Assembly: GCA_016193315.1 (NCBI GenBank)
Contig: JACPSJ010000005.1
Span: 68 to 64,067 of the forward strand
Origin: Candidatus Kerfeldbacteria bacterium
Lineage (GTDB): Bacteria > Patescibacteriota > Patescibacteriia > SBBC01 > CAIJZX01
Direction: 5' to 3'
Length of the DNA: 64,000 bases
The position numbers were made by a program, and so were the translations under genes. A model generated the notes under the pieces. It searched no databases. It saw only the letters and a list, made by a program, of their open reading frames with translations, and was not told the DNA's origin. Below, one piece after another: positions 1 through 7,939 of this stretch. The number at the start of each line of letters is the position of its first letter. Positions within the stretch are counted from its first letter, which is position 1.

Positions 1-324
1 ATCCGTGAATTTCTCGTTTCGCTCATCACCCGGATCTCGGTTTTGTTCCTCGAGGGGTGGGTTTTCAGCGTGCTATGGTCTTGGTTTGTGGTACCAACGA
101 TTGGTCTCAAGGAGATCAGCGTACTGGGCGGGACAGGATTGATGATTGTCATCAAACTGATCCGCGCCGTCTCTGTGGGATTCAAGCTCCGTGACTATGG
201 TTACCTCGACATGAACGTGATGGAGTATTGGGAGGAGTATCGAAAGAATTTTGCTGCCATTTCCGTCGCCCTGCGTCCCTTCGAGATCCTTCTGGTGGGT
301 TGGGTTGTCCATCTGTTCATGTAG
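1..324 (+). CDS. hypothetical membrane protein, 5'-truncated by the window edge
   Basis: Frame is open from base 1 to TAG at 322-324; hydrophobic segments; followed by a hairpin plus T-tract at 368-414. Confidence 0.6.
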   Translation: MREFLVSLITRISVLFLEGWVFSVLWSWFVVPTIGLKEISVLGGTGLMIVIKLIRAVSVGFKLRDYGYLDMNVMEYWEEYRKNFAAISVALRPFEILLVGWVVHLFM

Positions 325-367
325 CGTGTGAGCGCTTGGGGTCGGATTGATCTTTCATCGCGATCGC

Positions 368-414
368 AACCCCCGCAAGAACCTCTGTGTTCCTTCCGGG
401 GGTTTCTTGTTTTT
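368..414 (+). terminator. intrinsic terminator
   Basis: AACCCCCG...CGGGGGTT stem followed by TTCTTGTTTTT. Confidence 0.6.
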
Positions 415-484
415 AAAGAAAACCAAACCCGATTTCCGGAGTCTCATATCCGCTGTTAGACGATGCGAAGCAAAGCGGAGTTTC

Positions 485-572
485 GTCTAACGTTTGCGCG
501 TATGCGATGTTGCGCGGGTGTATACTATCGCGAAGCGGACACCCGCGCAATTCCGTATACGCGCTGTTATCG
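485..572 (-). repeat. attC-like site 1
   Basis: GTCTAAC-GTTT-GCGCGTATGCG...CGTATACGCGC-T-GTTATCG with an inner hairpin. Confidence 0.85.
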
Positions 573-623
573 GATGTTTTGCTCGCAATCATAATAAATG
601 GGCCCTTTTGGATTCGTTTTTTA

Positions 624-652
624 TTGACATACAGCGCTTCATTTGATAACGT
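624..652 (+). promoter_or_regulatory. sigma70-like promoter inside a cassette
   Basis: TTGACA-17-TAACGT upstream of the ORF at 710. Confidence 0.5.
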
Positions 653-709
653 CGGTTTGCCTGAAAATAGTGCAGGCTTTGTACGTTCCCAATCGGGAGG
701 GCGCAGAGT

Positions 710-1252
710 ATGAATCTCCGGATGGTTTTTGGGATGTTGCTCGTCGTGTTGTATGGATGCACTCATGCAAAGGAGGTCAAGGAGATGAACGACGCGGTCG
801 TCACTACGTTGGCCCTCCGGACCGACAGTTCGGATATCATGAGAATGGGCCCTGATGCTTTTGCGCTTGATGTGAGAGCGAGGGAGTGGCGCGATGTGCA
901 TCTGAAGGGAAGCGAGTTCGCAGTACTGCCACTCCAGGAGAGTTTCTACCAGCCGCGTCGTACCGACAAGCCCTATGCTGGCTCCCGGCATTACCTTCTC
1001 TATCGCCTTCGGGCTGGCGAGACGATTCGGGGCGTCGTCGAACGATATCGTTCGCTCGCTGGCGACGGAGTTGATGGTGATGACGGCGTGTCCATCCTCG
1101 GTGAGGCAGAACGGCTTCATCATTTGCACCATGACCGGCGGGACGCGCAGGAGGGCGATTTCTGTCCTTTGATCTTGCCGCGTCTCACACACGACGTCTG
1201 CGCTGGCGTGGTTCACTGCCAGCTTCATGGAATGACCGTCGTCACATTCTAG
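710..1252 (+). CDS. hypothetical lipoprotein-like cassette protein (3' half may be frameshifted)
   Basis: GGAGG SD; signal peptide ending LYGC; terminator hairpin at 1281-1315. Confidence 0.5.
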   Translation: MNLRMVFGMLLVVLYGCTHAKEVKEMNDAVVTTLALRTDSSDIMRMGPDAFALDVRAREWRDVHLKGSEFAVLPLQESFYQPRRTDKPYAGSRHYLLYRLRAGETIRGVVERYRSLAGDGVDGDDGVSILGEAERLHHLHHDRRDAQEGDFCPLILPRLTHDVCAGVVHCQLHGMTVVTF

Positions 1253-1357
1253 CAGCATCGATTGCGACGATGTAGTTGTCCCCCGGGGTCAGAAATGGCC
1301 TCGGGGTTTCTTATTAAACTTCCAAAAGGGCTCCCAAATATTTGCGAGCAAAATTTC

Positions 1358-1509
1358 CGATAACGTTTGCGCGTATCTGTTGTTTGCTGGCTGTATGCTA
1401 TCGCGCCTGCCCGCCGAAGTAAAACGAAGGTGGGAAGCGGCACAGCCAGCAAATAACCGCGGAGGCTCACCCGGTAGGGGGAGCCGGAGCCAGATACGCG
1501 CTGTTAGCT
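1358..1509 (-). repeat. attC-like site 2
   Basis: CGATAAC-GTTT-GCGCGTATCTG...CAGATACGCGC-T-GTTAGCT with a branched interior. Confidence 0.85.
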
Positions 1510-1678
1510 GATGTATTCCTTTTCTTTTCTTCTCTGCCAAGAGAAGGCGGGGAAAAAATCTTTCAAATTTCCTTCAACTCTCTTTACGCCTTACTGTCAA
1601 CTTAAACCCTGAAAAAGAAAACGACCCGTCCTGTAAATCTGGGCGGGTCGTCTGCGAAAGTGCCAGGGAGCTCCCACG

Positions 1679-1951
1679 CTACTTCTGACGGTCTAAGCGC
1701 CCCACTGTAAGCATTGCCTTCTGGGTAATCTTGGGGCCCAAGTCATACCTAGCGACCATCTCCTTGAGCTCAGCAGCAACCCTCCGTGGAGCATTGTTGG
1801 AATAATCCCCGTATTCTATTTCTTCCAACATTCCAATGAGCTCGATGATGAAAACTTCTTCCTTGATCTTGGCGTCCATGTTGGCCACGTATCGCCGGAA
1901 ATGACGCTCTAGGTGGGACAACAGGACGTGATGTGCTGCCCGACCAGACAT
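1679..1951 (-). CDS. hypothetical cassette protein (start uncertain)
   Basis: ORF downstream of 1978..2343; minus-strand terminator at about 1611-1652. Confidence 0.5.
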   Translation of the reverse strand: MSGRAAHHVLLSHLERHFRRYVANMDAKIKEEVFIIELIGMLEEIEYGDYSNNAPRRVAAELKEMVARYDLGPKITQKAMLTVGRLDRQK

Positions 1952-1977
1952 TGCTCCCCCATTTCTTCGGCACAGAG

Positions 1978-2343
1978 TTATTTCTTCTCCACGTTCCTCC
2001 TTGCTCGTATTTCCTGAAGAGCCATTCTCGCCTCTTTATGAAGCTCGGCCGTCAAAGCAAGAATTCGGGACAGACGCTCTTCATGTACATCGCCGGCCTG
2101 CCCAGACGGCGCCTTGTCAACTTGCGCCTTGAGGATAGCCACGGCTCTTTTGACCGTGTATCGTTGTCGTTCACTGAGCTGGTCCGCGATAAGCCACCGA
2201 TAAAGGGTTTGTCTGCAGAACGTCCCAAACCCCGGGTATACGCGCAGGACGTTAGCAGCAAGCGTCATTGATCCATAGGCACTGACAGCTTCTTTCAGCT
2301 CGCTTTGTGCATCCTGATTCTCACCAGCAGGTTCGGACTTCAT
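1978..2343 (-). CDS. hypothetical helical cassette protein
   Basis: AAGGAGG SD before ATG; TTGACA on the minus strand near 2470. Confidence 0.65.
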   Translation of the reverse strand: MKSEPAGENQDAQSELKEAVSAYGSMTLAANVLRVYPGFGTFCRQTLYRWLIADQLSERQRYTVKRAVAILKAQVDKAPSGQAGDVHEERLSRILALTAELHKEARMALQEIRARRNVEKK

Positions 2344-2550
2344 GACCCCTCCTTCACGAGTTCATGCCAAACTGAGTGGACGATCTAGAATTCCGTATGA
2401 GCATTGGGCAATATTTTCAAAAAGCAGTTTTGTTTGATCGTGTATCTAAACAAAGTATTGGACATGTGTCAATCCTGTCAGGCAAGAAGATAGAAATTTG
2501 AAAGATTTTTACCCGCTCCGGCGATAGCCGGAAAAGAAAAGGAATATGTC

Positions 2551-2642
2551 AGCTAACGTTTGCGCGTAGGCGAAGTTTGACGGTGATATAATCGTACCAT
2601 CACCGGCAAACTTAGGCGATAGCCGCCTACGCGCTGTTGTGC
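2551..2642 (-). repeat. attC-like site 3
   Basis: AGCTAAC-GTTT-GCGCGTAGGCG...CGCCTACGCGC-T-GTTGTGC. Confidence 0.85.
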
Positions 2643-2858
2643 GCTGTTTGAGTTCGAGTATGCAATAATCGCTGCCTCAGGCCTTGACTTTTTTCAAGCC
2701 ACATGCTATTATTGCCCGTTCTTTAAAATGTTTGAGAAAAGCGTTTTGTTCATCAACGTGGTGTACGAAATGCTTTTCTCAAAGCGGGAAAAGCGTGGAT
2801 TGTTGCCGGAATGGCAACGCCCTGTCTCGTCCGGGGAATTCTCGTAAGGAGAGTAGCC

Positions 2859-3185
2859 ATGGACTTCGTGATCCCGAACAAGCAGATGTTCATGCGGCAT
2901 TATGTCGAGTTGGTCGGCAAAGACTTCCTCGGTTGCGGTCGCATGCTTCACATCACGTTTCGCCAGAAGCCGTGTGCCCACAGCTTCCGCTTCGTGGCCC
3001 TGTTCCACGTCAAGGGTCTCAAAGCCAAGCAGGTTCGGGGCACCTTCTACTGGAGCTATTTCAACGAAACCGAACAGTACTTCGACGTACGAGTTAGTGA
3101 CGGTACGCACGAAGGAGAAGTCTTCTACCACGTGCTGAACGAGGAGATCCTGACGACCGATCCGAGAATCAAGGCCATTGCCTGA
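2859..3185 (+). CDS. hypothetical cassette protein, antisense to the array direction
   Basis: AAGGAG SD; promoter TTGACT-17-TATTAT at 2684-2712; terminator at 3211-3250. Confidence 0.7.
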   Translation: MDFVIPNKQMFMRHYVELVGKDFLGCGRMLHITFRQKPCAHSFRFVALFHVKGLKAKQVRGTFYWSYFNETEQYFDVRVSDGTHEGEVFYHVLNEEILTTDPRIKAIA

Positions 3186-3271
3186 AGTCCGCACCTTCCC
3201 CAATATGGGGCCGAGGGTTTCTGAAAGGAGCCCTCGGTTTTCGTTTATTTAAAGACTCGAACTCAAATGGC

Positions 3272-3335
3272 GCACAACGTTTCGCGCGTCATACGCGGCG
3301 GAGCGAAGCGGAGTTGCGTATACGCGCTGTTGTAC
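3272..3335 (-). repeat. attC-like site 4
   Basis: GCACAAC-GTTTC-GCGCGTCATACGC...GCGTATACGCGC-T-GTTGTAC. Confidence 0.85.
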
Positions 3336-3386
3336 GATGATTTGCCTCCCGACCAATAAAGATAAGCGCGGTTTCACCGTTGCTAA

Positions 3387-3878
3387 TTACTCGCCAAGTA
3401 GTTCCTCAGCAACTTCAAGGGCTATGTCATATTGAGATTTACCAGCCTTCTTCCGCTCGTATTCGTATGCTTCTGACAGAACTTCGTCTTGTGCCTTGTC
3501 TATCAACACAGCTTCTTTCGAGACTTCGGGCGTAACCTGTGTTCTAAGCTCAGCTAATTTGTAAAACTTATTGTAAAGTTTTCTAATGACATCTGAGCCT
3601 TCGTAAGAAAAGCTTTCAACGTCAGAAGTGTTTCCATCACCAAGTAATAAACCATCAATAAATCCGTACCCACGAGAGGTAAGGTATACCGAGTGTCCGT
3701 TGAGAGTCCCTTCAATTCGGGTATCCGGCCCATATGAACTTGCTTCAAGCTCTATATCACCCGTGACATTGAGTTCAGATTTCAATTTCTCGTATAATTG
3801 CAGTTTTTCACGTAACTCTGACAGCTCATGCTGTGATGGCGTCATTATTTCTTCTGGTGATGGTCGATCTTTTTCCAT
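3387..3878 (-). CDS. hypothetical acidic cassette protein
   Basis: 163-aa AT-rich ORF that fills the cassette. Confidence 0.7.
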   Translation of the reverse strand: MEKDRPSPEEIMTPSQHELSELREKLQLYEKLKSELNVTGDIELEASSYGPDTRIEGTLNGHSVYLTSRGYGFIDGLLLGDGNTSDVESFSYEGSDVIRKLYNKFYKLAELRTQVTPEVSKEAVLIDKAQDEVLSEAYEYERKKAGKSQYDIALEVAEELLGE

Positions 3879-3945
3879 TGAGATATAGATAGTGTTCTAG
3901 TCTAGAGAAACCGCGCTTATCTTACAACGAGGGAGGCAAATTTTC

Positions 3946-4656
3946 GTACAACGTTTCGGGCTAGCCGAAGTTTGGCTGTGGTACACTTGCGCACCAGCGC
4001 CCACCACAGCCAAATTTGGGTGAGCGAGCGCCGCTTTCAAATGATATTCCAAAGTCTGGTTGTCGGGTCGAGTTTATATTTTTGTACGTTGATGTGAACA
4101 GGTTTTCCTAAGAATGTAAAACCATATCTCACATCTAATATTATTCCATTGTCCGTAAGCTCTTTTTCTAAGTCGATTTCATTATCCTTTAAGGATTCTT
4201 TTGTGTTGAAAGGGTAAACACGGGAATCTCTTGCGGCCATGTACATTGCTACCTTGGAAAGGTTTTTGAGAATAATAGTTCTTTCTTTAAGTACCACAAT
4301 GAAAGTAATGGTTAAATCTTCGAAAGCATTATCGGTAGTGTTCATGTAGTGAATTTCGGTCGTGGGATTACCTTTCATAACACGAATTAACAAGGCTGGC
4401 TTCTTGCTAGCAACATAAGCCTTGTTAGTATGCCAAAAGCTAGCTATTACAAATGAAGCGGAAATAAATGCAGCAATTAATCCCCAAAGAGAAATCCAGT
4501 GGCCGATTTTTTCACTGGCTGTAATATTCCCTAAATGAGATTGCAGCCAAATATAATACGACAACCAGACACCCAGAAGAAGGAGAGAAATTATTATTGT
4601 TGATAATACATACTTTGTCTTCATGGCGCTCGCGAACCGGCTAGCCCGTGTTAGGC
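3946..4656 (-). repeat. attC-like site 5, interrupted by a gene
   Basis: Left arm GTACAAC-GTTT-CGGGCTAGCCG (3946-3967) pairs only with CGGCTAGCCCG-T-GTTAGGC (4638-4656). Confidence 0.75.
4037..4624 (-). CDS. hypothetical protein with two N-terminal TM helices, nested in attC-like site 5
   Basis: 195-aa AT-rich ORF. Confidence 0.75.
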   Translation of the reverse strand: MKTKYVLSTIIISLLLLGVWLSYYIWLQSHLGNITASEKIGHWISLWGLIAAFISASFVIASFWHTNKAYVASKKPALLIRVMKGNPTTEIHYMNTTDNAFEDLTITFIVVLKERTIILKNLSKVAMYMAARDSRVYPFNTKESLKDNEIDLEKELTDNGIILDVRYGFTFLGKPVHINVQKYKLDPTTRLWNII

Positions 4657-4666
4657 GGAGTAAATT

Positions 4667-4873
4667 TTAGTCGGGTCTACTTAAATCTTCTAAGTATTTT
4701 TCAGCATTCTTCTGGTTGTTGAATGTTTGTACGGTATAACCTATTCCATCTCGGTCAATTTGGTTACGTTTTCGTTGAGTTTTGTATACCACAAAAGAGT
4801 CTTTGCTGACTTTTCTAACGTTAAACCAATAACCCTCTTTTTCTATATATTTCGATGATATTTCGGTAACCAT
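4667..4873 (-). CDS. small hypothetical cassette protein
   Basis: 68-aa ORF that fills the cassette; its stop codon lies within the terminal repeat. Confidence 0.65.
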   Translation of the reverse strand: MVTEISSKYIEKEGYWFNVRKVSKDSFVVYKTQRKRNQIDRDGIGYTVQTFNNQKNAEKYLEDLSRPD

Positions 4874-4898
4874 AATAGGAATGACTAAAATTTATTTC

Positions 4899-4973
4899 GC
4901 CTAACGTTTGCGCGTCATACGCCCGTCATCCGAAGCTTTAGCGTAGGATGATGGCGTATACGCGCTGATATAT
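4899..4973 (-). repeat. attC-like site 6 (GAT core variant)
   Basis: GCCTAAC-GTTT-GCGCGTCATACGCC...GGCGTATACGCGC-T-GATATAT. Confidence 0.8.
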
Positions 4974-4995
4974 GATGTTGGCACATGATTGTTTG

Positions 4996-5427
4996 TCACT
5001 TGCTTTTCATTATCCACCAACTCTTATCGTCTCCAATGTAAAAGGGGTCTTGTGTTTTTCTATAACGCTTAAATCCAAGTTTTTCGTGCCCTTTCAAAGA
5101 GGCGATATTTTTGGACTCAATGTAAGCAATGATAGTCAAACCTTGAGCATCTTCTTTGAGTCTCTCGTATAGTTTGGTGCCTATTCCTGTCCGTCGATAT
5201 TTTGGATGTACAAACCAATCAGCGATATATACCTCGTCATTTTTAGTTTTCATGGCTATTATTGCACCAATAATTTCATCTTGATCCTTAGCCAGAAAAA
5301 CATAGCCGAAAGAGACAAAAGAAGCTATGTCATAGGTGCCGGTCATGTAAGGTCCGCCCCAGACTTTTCGTTCGAACTCCCTGACTTTCTGACTCTCACT
5401 GGGCTTTGCTCTGGAAATTTTAATCAT
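4996..5427 (-). CDS. GNAT-family N-acetyltransferase (first cassette)
   Basis: Motif A FVHPKYRRTGIGTKL and motif B NIASLKGHEKLGF. Confidence 0.9.
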   Translation of the reverse strand: MIKISRAKPSESQKVREFERKVWGGPYMTGTYDIASFVSFGYVFLAKDQDEIIGAIIAMKTKNDEVYIADWFVHPKYRRTGIGTKLYERLKEDAQGLTIIAYIESKNIASLKGHEKLGFKRYRKTQDPFYIGDDKSWWIMKSK

Positions 5428-5437
5428 GTGCCAATTT

Positions 5438-5461
5438 CATATATCTCGTTATTATGCGAAC
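5438..5461 (-). promoter_or_regulatory. putative attI site
   Basis: Boundary of the first cassette between it and the integrase; no hairpin; minus strand GTTCGCATAATAACGA|GATATATG. Confidence 0.45.
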
Positions 5462-5549
5462 CTGGGTGGGCAGATAGCCTCATTATTGCCTATTTTGTTA
5501 AATAATGCTATGAATAAAGCCGGTGGCGAGAAAGGCCACCAATTTTATT

Positions 5550-6371
5550 ATGACGTATATTCAATCACCGCTTGATCGGACCGAAACCGAGCTTCGGATC
5601 CGCAATTACAGCCCTCGAACTCGGCAGAGCTATGTGCACTGTCTGCGCGCATTCTTTTCGTTCGTCGGAGCGGACGTTGAGCGCTCGAACGAGGAACGCG
5701 TTCGGCAGTTCCTGCTTTCTTTGGAACAGCGCGGCGCTTCACCTCAGACGCGGAATATTCATTTGAGTGCCATCAAGTTTTACTATCGGTGTGTTGTCCG
5801 TTCCGGTGCGCTGATCGCTGTCCCGGCCGCTAAGAAATCGGCCGCCTTGCCAGCGGTTCTTTCCCGCGATGAGGTCCGCCGGATGCTGGACGTGACCGTC
5901 AACGAAAAACATCGCCTGCTGCTAGCGCTGGCATACGCCGCGGGACTTCGGGTGAGTGAGGTGGTGGCCTTGCGCGTCGGAGATATCGATCTGCCGGAAC
6001 TCACCGTGCACATCAAACGGGCAAAAGGACAGAAAGACCGGATCAGCATCATGCCGGAGACCTTGCGCGAAGAACTCTCGCGTCTCATGGCGGGAAAGGG
6101 GGGCGATGCGCCGGTGTTTGCTAGCGCGCGGGGCGGAGTGCTCACGACGCGTACCGCACAGAAAATCTTTGAGCACGCGCTTGCTAAAACCGGCATCAGA
6201 AAACCGGCCACCTTCCACAGCCTGCGCCACAGCTTTGCCACCCACCTGCTGGAAAACGGAACGGACGTGCGCTACGTGCAGGAACTGCTCGGGCACCAAA
6301 ACATCAGAACAACCCAGAGATACACCCGGGTCACAAATCCGATGCTCAAACACATCAAGAGCCCGCTGTAA
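5550..6371 (+). CDS. tyrosine recombinase (integron-integrase-like N-terminal domain, lacks the IntI-specific insertion)
   Basis: LRIRNYSPRTRQSY N-terminus; catalytic motifs AGLRVSE, KGQKDR, HSLRHSFATHLLE, LLGH, TTQRY. Confidence 0.92.
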   Translation: MTYIQSPLDRTETELRIRNYSPRTRQSYVHCLRAFFSFVGADVERSNEERVRQFLLSLEQRGASPQTRNIHLSAIKFYYRCVVRSGALIAVPAAKKSAALPAVLSRDEVRRMLDVTVNEKHRLLLALAYAAGLRVSEVVALRVGDIDLPELTVHIKRAKGQKDRISIMPETLREELSRLMAGKGGDAPVFASARGGVLTTRTAQKIFEHALAKTGIRKPATFHSLRHSFATHLLENGTDVRYVQELLGHQNIRTTQRYTRVTNPMLKHIKSPL

Positions 6372-6426
6372 AACGTGGGGATGTTCCTGCCTGCCGCGCC
6401 TCGGATCGCCCGATAAAAAGTTTTGT

Positions 6427-6766
6427 TGGCGGTGGGAGTGAGATTCTCCGTCTCCGTTGCCGCTGGTAACTTCGGGCGGATCCGCCGCAGCAATATTTTC
6501 ATATTGCGGAGGCGGAGAACTCACGAGACCCTTTCGGATCTGCAGCTTTTTCCGGCGAAGCCGGATCCGGCTTCGCCGGGCGAGAGCGGCGCCTTTCCCG
6601 CCCCTTACTAATTTTCAGAAGGGCGGGCGGGATCCCGCGCATGGCGGAGGGTGGAGGATTCGAACCTCCGAGAAGCTTGCGCCCCTACTGGTTTTCGAAA
6701 CCAGCGCATTCGACCACTCTGCCAACCCTCCGCCATGTGCGGTGACAACCACTCGGCCACTCCTCC
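6427..6766 (-). pseudogene. fragmented tRNA-Ser(CGA) scaffold with hairpin insertions in the D, anticodon and T loops
   Basis: Segments 6766-6747, 6595-6581, 6550-6517 and 6446-6427 join into a ~90-nt Ser-type cloverleaf ending in GCCA. Confidence 0.7.
6642..6731 (-). tRNA. tRNA-Ser(CGA)
   Basis: GGAGGGTTGGCAGAGTGG...CTGGT-TTCGAAA-ACCAG...long variable arm...GGTTCGAATCC...ACCCTCCGCCA. Confidence 0.95.
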
Positions 6767-6840
6767 GTCAGGGATTTTCCGATACCCGACAGGCTGGCCG
6801 ATTGTAGCCCGTTTGCTATCATACATCAAGTCGGAACACC

Positions 6841-7260
6841 ATGAAACTGCGCCGCGCCATCGTTATTTCCGTCGTCACCTACCTGACGACATTTGTCATT
6901 GGCGCGGCTGTGTCTTTCTTGATAAGTCATCCGGTAAGCGTTGACCAGCCACCTTCAGCCAATGCCGTCCTTGCCACCATGCTGGCCGCCATCGTCGCTG
7001 GTGGTTTTGGTGCCTGGTGGTATCTCCGCCCGGCCGAGATACCGGGCGGGGCAAAGGCCGGATTCTTGTTCGGGCTAGTAGCCACCGTCACCGCCTTCAT
7101 CCTCGACGGGCTGCTAGCGCTTGGACTACTGGTAAGTGGACGAGACCCAATGCCTTTATTGCGGGACTCATATACCCACTGGTTTTTCGGCATCATGATG
7201 GTTGTTGGCCTGGTCGTGACAACGCTTGTTGGCACCAGCAAGGTTCGGCATGGCTATTAG
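6841..7260 (+). CDS. 4-TM membrane protein
   Basis: Four hydrophobic segments. Confidence 0.75.
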   Translation: MKLRRAIVISVVTYLTTFVIGAAVSFLISHPVSVDQPPSANAVLATMLAAIVAGGFGAWWYLRPAEIPGGAKAGFLFGLVATVTAFILDGLLALGLLVSGRDPMPLLRDSYTHWFFGIMMVVGLVVTTLVGTSKVRHGY

Positions 7261-7759
7261 AATCACCCAAACCTTCTACCCCAAAACCAGCGCCGCCTGG
7301 CGATCTTGGCTAAAGTACAATCACGCCAAGAAGAAAGAAATCTGGCTTGTACGATACAAAAAGCACACCGGTAAGCCAACTGTCGACTACCAAGATAGTG
7401 TCGATGAAGCGCTGTGCTTCGGTTGGATCGATGGGATGGAAAGAAGAATCGACGCTGAACGATACGCGACCAGATTCACCCCGCGGCAGCAGTTCAGTAG
7501 TTGGTCTGAGGGTAATATCCGGCGGTACAAGATGTTGGTTCGGAAGCGGCTGATGACCGCCGCCGGCCGAGAAGCGTTCAGGAACAAGTTCGAGGTACGG
7601 GCGCGAACGATGCTCCCCGGCGGACAAAAGTGGCATCGTTCTCATCCCTTCCCGTCCAACCCGACCATCAGTCAACGCATCGTCTGGCACCGTCAGCACG
7701 AAAAGTTTTGCGCCTGCCGGCCGGTGCCGAAAAGCTTATTGGAATACTTTCGGCTCTAA
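7250..7759 (+). CDS. YdeI/OmpD-associated family protein (N-terminal part) with a short His/Cys C-terminal domain
   Basis: AWRSWLKYNH...EIWLVRYKKH...DEALCFGWIDG...RFTPR..S.WS signature. Confidence 0.8.
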   Translation: MAIRITQTFYPKTSAAWRSWLKYNHAKKKEIWLVRYKKHTGKPTVDYQDSVDEALCFGWIDGMERRIDAERYATRFTPRQQFSSWSEGNIRRYKMLVRKRLMTAAGREAFRNKFEVRARTMLPGGQKWHRSHPFPSNPTISQRIVWHRQHEKFCACRPVPKSLLEYFRL

Positions 7760-7939
7760 CTGGGTTCTACACGGTCCGTTCCTTCATCCGGGAAGAGTGG
7801 CCGGTAACAAAGGGGCGTCAGTCTATGGACCCTTGACGTTTTGTTATTGTCGTGCTAGACTCGGCCGTCAATGGTTTCCGCGTCACCGTTCACTCGGCTC
7901 ATACGCCGAAAGTGCTGCACCATACATTGGAGGCAAACA

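Larger units (their letters stand above)
455..5461 (-). mobile_element. integron-like gene cassette array (about 7 cassettes, 6 attC-like sites, putative attI)
   Basis: Recurrent palindromic sites AAC-GTTT-GCGCGTA...TACGCGC-T-GTT separate unrelated, partly AT-rich ORFs; a divergently oriented tyrosine recombinase starts at 5550. Confidence 0.85.

Noticed and set aside
413-1258. 281-aa minus-strand ORF
   Set aside because: Runs through attC site 1 and is antisense to the ORF that has a promoter, SD and terminator
6372-6830. ORFs overlapping the tRNA region
   Set aside because: Explained by the tRNA and its hairpin inserts
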